DNA from: an uncultured Acidobacteriaceae bacterium
GTDB taxonomy: Bacteria > Acidobacteriota > Terriglobia > Bryobacterales > Bryobacteraceae
Direction: 5' to 3'
Assembly (NCBI GenBank): GCA_963795425.1
Contig: CAWCHO010000001.1
Location: forward strand, 339,086-403,085
DNA: 64,000 bases
Made by a program: the position numbers and the translations under genes
Notes under the pieces: generated by a model
What the model saw: only the letters and a program-made list of their open reading frames with translations
Told to the model about the DNA's origin: nothing
Databases searched by the model: none
In this document: piece after piece, positions 18,119-26,415 of the stretch
How positions within the stretch are numbered: the first letter of the stretch is position 1
How the letters are laid out: every line of letters begins with the position of its first letter

Positions 18119-21100
18119 TCAATTCTGGTTTTGCCAGCCGGGCCTGCGTAAGACTTTGCCGGCCTTCGTCCCCGTCAGTTGCCCAGCTTCGTATTCAAGC
18201 TGCCCGTTAACAAAGACATACTTGACGCCCTCTGAAAGTTGAGTTGGATCTTTGTAAGTTGCCCTGTCTTCGATTGTTCGCCGATCGAAGATGGTGATAT
18301 CGCCGAAGTAGCCTTCCTTTAGCAAACCCCGATCGTGTAGACCTTCTCGCTGAGCAGGCAATGACGTCATCTTCCGAATGGCCTCCGAAAGCGGGAGCAG
18401 ATGCTCATCGCGGACGTAGTGCCCTAAGAAACGCGGCATTGATCCGTAAGCCCGCGGGTGATCGTGTGGCTCGAACAGCGAACCGTCTAGTGATTTCTCG
18501 GACGCATCGAGGCAGAGACTGGTCCAAGGCTGCTTCAGACCGTAGCGCAAGTCGTCCTCGCTCGCGATGAAATAGATCGCGCCCGTCTCAGCCTTGTCAT
18601 CTACAACCAGATCCATCAAAGCATCTAATGGATCTTTTTTCTGTGCGGCCGCGATCTCGGCGATAGTCTTGCCGTCGAATTTTTTAAGCTGAGGATTTTG
18701 GATGCCGGAAACTAGAACTCCACTCCCGCCTCCGCTATCGAGATACAGGTTTTCCCAATCCTGATGATCTGAAGCCATTTCTTTCTTGATCTTCGAGCGC
18801 GTCGCAGCGTCACCCAGTCTTTCGAGGAGCTTTTGAGACCCACCTTCGGCTACCCAGGGCGGCAAGCTCGCCGCCAATGACGTGCCGCCTGCAACGTAAG
18901 GATACATGTCCGCCGAGACATCTTGTCCCGAATCGCGCGCGGCCTGAATCATCCCGACGATCTTTGGCATCGATCCCCAGCGACTCTTGCCGATGACTTT
19001 CAAATGGAAGATTTCTACCGGAAGGTGTGCCTCCCGTCCTATGCGTACCGCCTCGTCGATGGCGGCAATTTCGCTTTGACCTTCGCTGCGCATGTGCGTG
19101 CCGTAAATTCCGCCGTATTGAGCAGCTACTTTTGCCAGCTCGATCAGTTCGTCGGTCCTGGCATAATGGCCGGGCGGATAGATGAGAGCCGTAGAAATTC
19201 CAAACGCTCCCTGTTGCATGGCTTCAGCGACCAGCGCTTTCATCTTCATGAGCTCTTCGGGAGTAGGGGCCCGGTCCGCATGGCCCAAAATGGCCTCTCG
19301 CACCTGAGCTGCGCCCACATAGGTCCCAATGTTTAGAGGAGTTCCGACTTTTTCAAGCCTTTCGAAGTACCCATTCAGAGTGGTCCAGTCCACTTTCAAG
19401 TGAAATTGATTGAGCTGCGGCGCAAGGTCGGCAAGCGTGATGGCGTTTTGAGGAGCAATCGAATTTCCCTCGCCCGTAATTTCCGTCGTAATGCCTTGCG
19501 ACAACTTGCTCAACGCGCGATTGTCGATCAGAAGAGCCACTTCGGATTGGCCGAGCATGTCAATGAAACCCGGTGAGACTACCAGACCAGAGGCATCGAT
19601 TACGCGCTTGGCTTTCGCGTCGCGCAGGTTCCCGATAGCGGCAATCCGGTCACCGTTGATGGCGACATCGGCGGAAATCCAAGGATTCCCGGAGCCGTCG
19701 ATAAGTTTTCCGTTTCTGATGAGGACGTCATAGACCGTGCCGCTCTGGTTTTGAGGCTCCGATTCGACTGGCGCGTCATAAGCCGCGGCCGCGACCTCCC
19801 CCACAGCTTCCCCGGGGATCCTTTGTAGCGCGTCGGCATCGCCCTTTGGGACAGCGACCATGTTCACGTAAATCGCGAATGCGAGGTGCTGTCCATGAGC
19901 AGTTTGCATGTAACCGGCCAGTCCCTTGCCCGTGACCATGACGTTGTTGTTCAACGCGTCCAGGACGGCATATGTCCCGGTTTTGGCGTGTACGTGGCCG
20001 GCAGCGGGCGAGTTCACTTGAATTTTGAACAGAGTGCCATCGCGTCCTAAGATAGGCAGCCCTCGGTAAAAAAAGCTGTAGTCCTTCTGCTTCGAAAAGA
20101 AGGTGAGATAACGAACCATGAAATCCGCCGTGAAGAAGGCATTTCCGCCCGCGCCGTCGCTTTGGGATGCAGCAGTCAAATCCAGTCCGGCCTTCTGCAG
20201 AAAGTCATGCTCGAGATGGAAGCCGGCCTGGTCGGTTTCTGTATTTTTATGGCCGACCAGCGCCTCTAGCAGAAAAGGCGTCGTGCTCGCATGTAGATTC
20301 TGGCTCAGCTTCAGTGTGATTTTCACGTCCTCTTTAAAAGGCGGCGAGATATGTTCCGCGACCATGTTCCCGGCGTTGTAGTTCCGCGAGAGTGCTTTGA
20401 AATTCGGCTCTGCTGCGCTAGGCGCAAGCTGTACGTCGATGCCCCTTTGTCTCAATGCCTCGACAAGAACAGTTGCAGCAAAGCGGCTGGGCTTCTGTAC
20501 GGGGTACGCCATCATGCCGAAAGGCTTGCCGAGCGGTATGCTGCCGCTTACCGTAACTGTGTGCGTACCGTCTGGATTGGTCTTATCGGCGGTGTAATCG
20601 ATGTCTGGCCTGGAATCCGGATTCCCGGTGATCGCCTTATTCACAATTTGCACGTACGACGTTGTTGGGGCGATTCGCAGATTGACGGGCGCGCCCTCAG
20701 TAGCTCCCGGACTCGCGACCACATCGATCAAGTTGTCATTGACCACGATGGGCGAAATGACAACCCCTGTTCCTAATTCGCGGGCGCCCTCAGGAAAGAG
20801 ACTGACGTCGACGAGCAAGTGTCCGCTGACCCGCTTGATTCCTTTTTCCGCAATCTGTTTTGCCAACTCATGGATTACCAGCAGCGGATCGGTTCCGACC
20901 CCTTTGCTGGCGGCTCCTCCGTACGAGTGATCCTCATTTTCAAAACCGAGAGTGTCGTCAGGCTGAATACGCCCGGAGAGATTCGGATCTCCGCTGGCAA
21001 CTAGAACCAGGTCACCTTCGAGGGTTCCATCCTTGTTCACAGCACCGTTGCGATAGACGCGGGTGTGAAAACGGTAGTCGGCGCCAAGCAACTCGAGTGC

Positions 21101-21334
21101 TGTGCCTTCCGTTAAGAGCTTGGTAGTCGAACCCGGAACCAGCAGCTTGTCTGGATTCAAACGGTAGATCACCTGTCCGGAATCCAAAGAATAGAATTCG
21201 ATGCCAAACGTGGAGTGCGCGAATTCCGGACGGCCTATGACGTCCCGAATGCGCGCGGATAAAGTCGGCTGCTGTGCGAGAACAATTCCGCTGAGTAGGA
21301 AGCAAACGCAACAGGTTCGCAAAAAAGTACGCAT
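18119..21334 (-). CDS. Fusion protein: S13 PBP4-type D-Ala-D-Ala carboxypeptidase/endopeptidase (N) + D-aminoacylase-like amidohydrolase (C)
   Basis: Residues 1-495: signal peptide, 'PGSTTKLLT' (SxxK), 'SQN', 'HAKTGT' (KTG). There is an acidic/Pro linker at about residues 496-533. Residues 534-1071: 'YDVLIRNGKLIDGSG...INGDRIAAIG', 'YGTHMRSEG', 'IFHLKV', 'HPRAYGSMPRFLGHYVRD', all as in N-acyl-D-amino-acid deacylases. It is a single uninterrupted ORF. Confidence 0.9.
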   Translation of the reverse strand: MRTFLRTCCVCFLLSGIVLAQQPTLSARIRDVIGRPEFAHSTFGIEFYSLDSGQVIYRLNPDKLLVPGSTTKLLTEGTALELLGADYRFHTRVYRNGAVNKDGTLEGDLVLVASGDPNLSGRIQPDDTLGFENEDHSYGGAASKGVGTDPLLVIHELAKQIAEKGIKRVSGHLLVDVSLFPEGARELGTGVVISPIVVNDNLIDVVASPGATEGAPVNLRIAPTTSYVQIVNKAITGNPDSRPDIDYTADKTNPDGTHTVTVSGSIPLGKPFGMMAYPVQKPSRFAATVLVEALRQRGIDVQLAPSAAEPNFKALSRNYNAGNMVAEHISPPFKEDVKITLKLSQNLHASTTPFLLEALVGHKNTETDQAGFHLEHDFLQKAGLDLTAASQSDGAGGNAFFTADFMVRYLTFFSKQKDYSFFYRGLPILGRDGTLFKIQVNSPAAGHVHAKTGTYAVLDALNNNVMVTGKGLAGYMQTAHGQHLAFAIYVNMVAVPKGDADALQRIPGEAVGEVAAAAYDAPVESEPQNQSGTVYDVLIRNGKLIDGSGNPWISADVAINGDRIAAIGNLRDAKAKRVIDASGLVVSPGFIDMLGQSEVALLIDNRALSKLSQGITTEITGEGNSIAPQNAITLADLAPQLNQFHLKVDWTTLNGYFERLEKVGTPLNIGTYVGAAQVREAILGHADRAPTPEELMKMKALVAEAMQQGAFGISTALIYPPGHYARTDELIELAKVAAQYGGIYGTHMRSEGQSEIAAIDEAVRIGREAHLPVEIFHLKVIGKSRWGSMPKIVGMIQAARDSGQDVSADMYPYVAGGTSLAASLPPWVAEGGSQKLLERLGDAATRSKIKKEMASDHQDWENLYLDSGGGSGVLVSGIQNPQLKKFDGKTIAEIAAAQKKDPLDALMDLVVDDKAETGAIYFIASEDDLRYGLKQPWTSLCLDASEKSLDGSLFEPHDHPRAYGSMPRFLGHYVRDEHLLPLSEAIRKMTSLPAQREGLHDRGLLKEGYFGDITIFDRRTIEDRATYKDPTQLSEGVKYVFVNGQLEYEAGQLTGTKAGKVLRRPGWQNQN

Positions 21335-21460
21335 CCGCTGAACAAGGTAGCACTAGTCTCCTTGAACCGGCGGACCAAGCGCTGGAGCGGGAGAAATTCC
21401 TACTCCAACGCTTGTTTCTAACGGCCACTCAGGCGCGAGATGTCGCGAACCGATAAGATC

Positions 21461-24400
21461 TCAGAACCGGAGCATCCCTTTGATCTCGATGAAACGCGGC
21501 GAACTGCCGGCCCCTACGAACGAGCCCAACAGGCTGGTGGGCGGTCCAACTGCGGCGATGCTGTAACCGAACTGAGGATTGGCGACGTCGTTGACCGGCT
21601 GGTCAAAATTCGGATGGTTGAATAGGTTGTACGCCTGAGCGCCGAACGAGAATTTCACGCGTTCAGTGATTGCGATGTCTTTCATGACTGCCATATCGAC
21701 GTCGAAGAAATTCGGACCGCGGAGCGAATTGCGTCCGGCCGTCCCGAAGCCTGTGAGTACCCCGCTAGCCGCATAGCTGGGAGCAAACTGGGACGTGGTG
21801 AGGCAAGCTGTGTTGACTGCGCTCGTGCAGTTCGCCGAGAGAGAAGAAGTGGGCGAAGCAAAAATTGCCCCGGCGTAATTGAACCCTAGCAAGCTATCTA
21901 AGGCGGAGTTGTCGACGGGCGTGAATGGCAGGCCAGTGCGGAAGAACCAGTTGCTCGAGAGCGTCCACCCTCCAAATATCCGATTGGGCCCCCAATGGAA
22001 CCCCGAATGGCGGAACATGTCGGTGAGCACGAAGTTTGCACTCACGTAATGCCGGACGTCGTAATCCGCACTTGCGTAGTTACCTCGAATATTGAACGGG
22101 TTTTGTGGGAGTGTGATGCTGGGGTCGGTATCGAGGATTCCGAATGGGGAATTGGCGACGCCGCCATTTGAGACGTCATCGAGAGCATGGCTCCACGTGT
22201 AATTTAGATTGAAAGTAAGTCCAGCCGATAGCCGTCTCTCCAAGCTGACGGTCAGGCCGTCGTAATTTGAATTGGCAGCGGAAAGATACTGAGCTACCAG
22301 CCCAAGCGCGGGATCGGGCGGCGCGCCAGGCAAACCAGCAAAGCCATTCGGGCATGCGCCCGGAGGGCAATAGGCGTTCAGACCTTCATCCGCGATCGGG
22401 ATGTGACTGCCATGCATTCCAGAGTAATTGAGAGTGAGCACCATCTTAGACGTGATCGCCTGCTCAATTTGAAAGTTCCATTTGTAATAGGTAGGTTGGT
22501 GGAAGTAACTCGGGAAAGAGAAGAAGCTCGGGGCAGCAAAGCCGGGCACTCCCGCGGAGATGGAATTGAAGCTTCCGCCGGAAGCGAACTGCGAGCGCAG
22601 AGCTTGATTCGCCGCCGCCGTGGTGGTAAACAGGCTTCCCGGCACACCGGGCGCGATTGCGCCGTTCCCGATAGTGAATGCATTCAGCCCCGGGGAATTG
22701 AACGCCGCGTCTTCCGCTAAGACGCCCGGCAGTTCGTCGGCGAAGATGCCCGCGCCGGTTCGGATAATGGTGTTACTGCTGCCGAATGGCTTCCACGCTA
22801 TTCCCAACCTGGGTTCCCAGACCACCGTCTGCGTGTTCGCGTAGGCTTGGTGCTGCCCCGAAAGGATGAATTGGTTGTAAGGCGTAGAGGTGGCGTTGGC
22901 GACGGGCGCGCCGTTGAACGTCGTCGCGAGACGAGAGAAGCAATTTGCATCGCAGGTGGGATTCGCGTAGCTTTCGAGACGCAAATTCAAGGAAACCGTC
23001 AGACCATCGCGGATTCTCCAATCGTCGGCGATGTAGCCGCCGAAAGTATTGAAGCGCAAACCCTGTTCGGACGAGGAGGGAAAGGCCTGGTTTAGAGACG
23101 TATTTACCCCTCCTCCGTTAAAGAAGTCGGACAAGTTTGTCGTAACGGATCCGTAGATCGGACCGCCAAGCGCCTGAAAATCGAGATCGGTGATGTTGGA
23201 ATGCAGCCAGCTAAACCCTGCCCGGAAGGTGTGCCTTCCCCGGACATGCGAAAGATCGTCCAGAATCTGATACTGAAACACGCGCCTTCCTTGCGGGAAA
23301 AAGAAGGGGCCGGGCTCGCCCAGAGCGCCAACCGATGAAAAAGCGCCGCCAGAGAAGTTCATGAATGTCGGCAATGCCGTTAGCGCAGCGCTTTCGTTGC
23401 TTGGCGTGAACACCGCTGCGTAGAAGAGCGCGGACCCGCTGAATTGATTCACAGTATTTGGTCCGAACGTGTGCGTCTCACTGACCTGCGCGTTCATTTG
23501 GGGCTGATTGCTTTGAGCGTTAAAGGTCGGGCCAAAGGGACTGGTAAATGACGGCTGATAGCCGTTGTCGCGCAGCACGCGAATGTAGCCGTGATCTTTC
23601 TCGCTAAAGTTGTGGTCAACTCGAGATGACCATTGATACTCCTTGTTGGTATTGGGGGGCGTCGTGCGGAACTCATCCGCGCACGGAACGCCGGTCGGCA
23701 AGCCCGTGAAACCCTGGCACCCGTATCCCTGAGATGCCGGAACTGGAGTGGCCGCGCCAACTCCGGGCGCACCGTTGTAGACGCCAAAGATCTTGTTATA
23801 GAACGGAATCTCGGCGGCTTCCCCGACGGCTGTCAAATTCGCCAAAGTGGCCGCCTGAAATTGCGGACTGGGAACGAGTGTCAACGCACTTGCTGTGGGC
23901 AGCAGATTGCGAAGACCTTCATAATCTACATCGAAGAACGTGTGGTTTTTCCAGATCGGCCCCTGTACGCCTGTAGCCCACTGATTGAAGTTATTAAAAG
24001 GTGTGGGCTGTCCCACTTGGTTACTAAAGAACTGGTTGGCATTCAAGGCGCGGCCATTCCACATATACACCGCGTTGCCATGAAAGTCGTTGCTCGCCGA
24101 CTTTGTGATGTAAGTGACTTGTGAACCTGCATACTGGCCGTACTGCCCCGAATAGGCGCTGTTGATCACATTGGCTTGGGCGATATCATTCGAACCGAGC
24201 AGCAGGTTAGACGCACCGCTGTTATTGATGCCAGAAAAGGGATCATTGTAATTCTGGCCGTTGATACTGAACAGGTTCGACGTGCCAGGCATTCCGTCGG
24301 CCACGAAGTTACCATAACCGGCCTGTGTGTTCATCACCACGCCAGGCGCAGTCTGCGCCACGTACGTGATATCACCGCCGGGATTCGGCAAGTTCTGAAT

Positions 24401-24859
24401 CATCTGAGTGTTGAATGTCGTCGTTGTGTCCGCATTTTGAGTTTGCAGCGCGGTGACAGATTCAGTGACTTCGACTGTTTGCCGCGACGACGCTAATGTA
24501 AGTTGCAAATTCGCAGACGTAGGTTGTCCGGCGACTACGACGATATTGTTGATACTTTTGGGCTGAAAACCCGATCCAGTGACTTGTAATTTGTAAGTGC
24601 CGGGTGCGACAAATGCAAACCGGTAGTCACCGTGAGCGCCAGTCTGCGCCGTTTGCGAGGTGTTTGTGGCTAATCCGGTCAAGGTGACCGTGGCGGCCGG
24701 AACTGCGCCGCCGCTCGGATCTGTGATGACGCCGGTGATGGCGCCCGTCGTAATGGACTGTGCAAAGACGCCGGTAGGTAAGACGAGGGCGATGAGGCAG
24801 CGCTTTAGAAGTTTAGACAGCGTACCCGGATGGCGGGGTCTCTTCGAGTCATGTTGCAT
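21461..24859 (-). CDS. TonB-dependent receptor, CarboxypepD_reg type
   Basis: Signal peptide, 'GAITGVITDPSGGAVPAATVTL', 1132-aa beta-rich body, terminal '...KGMLRF'. Confidence 0.85.
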   Translation of the reverse strand: MQHDSKRPRHPGTLSKLLKRCLIALVLPTGVFAQSITTGAITGVITDPSGGAVPAATVTLTGLATNTSQTAQTGAHGDYRFAFVAPGTYKLQVTGSGFQPKSINNIVVVAGQPTSANLQLTLASSRQTVEVTESVTALQTQNADTTTTFNTQMIQNLPNPGGDITYVAQTAPGVVMNTQAGYGNFVADGMPGTSNLFSINGQNYNDPFSGINNSGASNLLLGSNDIAQANVINSAYSGQYGQYAGSQVTYITKSASNDFHGNAVYMWNGRALNANQFFSNQVGQPTPFNNFNQWATGVQGPIWKNHTFFDVDYEGLRNLLPTASALTLVPSPQFQAATLANLTAVGEAAEIPFYNKIFGVYNGAPGVGAATPVPASQGYGCQGFTGLPTGVPCADEFRTTPPNTNKEYQWSSRVDHNFSEKDHGYIRVLRDNGYQPSFTSPFGPTFNAQSNQPQMNAQVSETHTFGPNTVNQFSGSALFYAAVFTPSNESAALTALPTFMNFSGGAFSSVGALGEPGPFFFPQGRRVFQYQILDDLSHVRGRHTFRAGFSWLHSNITDLDFQALGGPIYGSVTTNLSDFFNGGGVNTSLNQAFPSSSEQGLRFNTFGGYIADDWRIRDGLTVSLNLRLESYANPTCDANCFSRLATTFNGAPVANATSTPYNQFILSGQHQAYANTQTVVWEPRLGIAWKPFGSSNTIIRTGAGIFADELPGVLAEDAAFNSPGLNAFTIGNGAIAPGVPGSLFTTTAAANQALRSQFASGGSFNSISAGVPGFAAPSFFSFPSYFHQPTYYKWNFQIEQAITSKMVLTLNYSGMHGSHIPIADEGLNAYCPPGACPNGFAGLPGAPPDPALGLVAQYLSAANSNYDGLTVSLERRLSAGLTFNLNYTWSHALDDVSNGGVANSPFGILDTDPSITLPQNPFNIRGNYASADYDVRHYVSANFVLTDMFRHSGFHWGPNRIFGGWTLSSNWFFRTGLPFTPVDNSALDSLLGFNYAGAIFASPTSSLSANCTSAVNTACLTTSQFAPSYAASGVLTGFGTAGRNSLRGPNFFDVDMAVMKDIAITERVKFSFGAQAYNLFNHPNFDQPVNDVANPQFGYSIAAVGPPTSLLGSFVGAGSSPRFIEIKGMLRF

Positions 24860-25144
24860 AGTAAGGCTCCTGGCAACGAAGGAACTCTCGAGGTTTTCAG
24901 CGCGAACCCAAATCTCAGATTGCAGTTATTTCGCTGGCCGTAATAGATTGCGAGTAAAGCAGTGTAACGGCTCTAGAATTCCGCCAACGGAGAATTGCTT
25001 TTTGATTCACTGAAAGACCTTGGAGCGAGTTGCGTAACCCGATTTTGCCACCGACTGAGGCTGTCAATCGCGCACATTCGGCCACCTCGGAGCAGAATCG
25101 GACAGAAAACAGCTTCAAAGGTCCAGGGTGGCCCGGTAAGCAGT

Positions 25145-26059
25145 CTATTTGCGGAGCTCATTGGGTGAAAGTCCCAAGATCCTGCGCATATGCTTCGCGA
25201 GATGGCTCTGATGCGAAAAGCCAGTCTCGAGCGCGACTTGGCTAATCGGCAATTTGCGGTCTATGAGCAAGTCGGCAGCGCGTTCCACCCTTCGACGCAT
25301 GATGTATTGATGCAGTGGCACGCCGAGTGACTTCCGACAATACTGCTTCAAGAATGAAACGCTCATCGCCATTTCGGCTGCAATGGTCGGTAACGTGAGA
25401 GTTTCACCTAGATGATCTTCGATATAGGCAAGCAGTTGTTTGACTGTCCGGGACGATAACTCGCTGCTTGTTGCCGCTCCGCGCTCGATTGAGAGCCCGC
25501 TATCGCGCAGAATCTCAATTGCTAACGCAGTAGCCATGCTCTCTCGAAAAACGCGCCCATTCGGGCAGCCTTGTTCAAATTCTGCTTTGAGTGCCCATCC
25601 GATGTGCTCGATTTGTGGGTTGCGGATTTTGAACCGGTTATGGAGTTCCATCTTGGCTGGATCCTTTCCGTGTGACTCCACAAGGCGGTCGAGCAGGTGC
25701 TGCGATACGCTCAGCGGGAGAGCGCGACACGATCCATACGTCTCCCAACGAGATGCCACACCCGCGGGGACAATGTCCACATCTCCGTAAACCGTAACTC
25801 CCGCGTGAGTGTCATCTCCTCTTCTGCACGCGACCCGTATCGGTTGTCCGGCATGAATCACGACGCGCGGATTCTCCTGCGCTGGCACTTCGATAACGCC
25901 GGGCCCCTCTCTGACGATCGTCAGACGAATTAGATCCGACCCGTTGAGAGAGCAGAGTGTCTTGATCTGAGCCAAGGATTCGGCGAACAGCGAGCGTTCG
26001 GGAGTGTCTCGGTCAGAACGATGCAGCGCGTTCATGTATGCCCCCGATTCAACAGTCAT
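25145..26059 (-). CDS. AraC/XylS-family transcriptional regulator
   Basis: Cupin-like N-half. The C-terminal double HTH reads '...QVALETGFSHQSHLAKHMRRILGLSPNELR'. Confidence 0.85.
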   Translation of the reverse strand: MTVESGAYMNALHRSDRDTPERSLFAESLAQIKTLCSLNGSDLIRLTIVREGPGVIEVPAQENPRVVIHAGQPIRVACRRGDDTHAGVTVYGDVDIVPAGVASRWETYGSCRALPLSVSQHLLDRLVESHGKDPAKMELHNRFKIRNPQIEHIGWALKAEFEQGCPNGRVFRESMATALAIEILRDSGLSIERGAATSSELSSRTVKQLLAYIEDHLGETLTLPTIAAEMAMSVSFLKQYCRKSLGVPLHQYIMRRRVERAADLLIDRKLPISQVALETGFSHQSHLAKHMRRILGLSPNELRK

Positions 26060-26415
26060 TCCCGCAGGGAGGAGGCAATGCCAGAGGTTCTATCGCAACC
26101 TCCACAAGAGCTATCTCTTCGACGGAAAACGAGCCGTTTGTCCTTGGACTAACGACGCAGCCATCGCTGCGCCGGGGTACGGTGGCCATCGCAGTAAGAA
26201 ATTCTAGTGTGCGGATTTGGCACGGCGTTCTGTTCACGACCACACAGCCGAAACGCGTTGGGATGAATTCATCCACAGCCCTACGCCGAGAAGCTGTGGG
26301 CGTATGATTACATGTGCCCTTGCCGCCACTCTGCGGTGATGGGATCTCGCGATTTATTCGCTGACCGGTAAGGCTGCGCGATCCGGGCTGGAGAGATTAA
26401 AAGGGCTTGCATCCC

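Noticed and set aside
24860-25144. Riboswitch (for example cobalamin) in the leader of the receptor gene
   Set aside because: I looked for the B12 box and GGGAA/GGTGAAAATCC-type cores on the minus strand and found only loose resemblances ('GGTGGCAAAATCGGG', 'CGCAACT'). That is not enough to call. An Rfam/Infernal scan would settle it.
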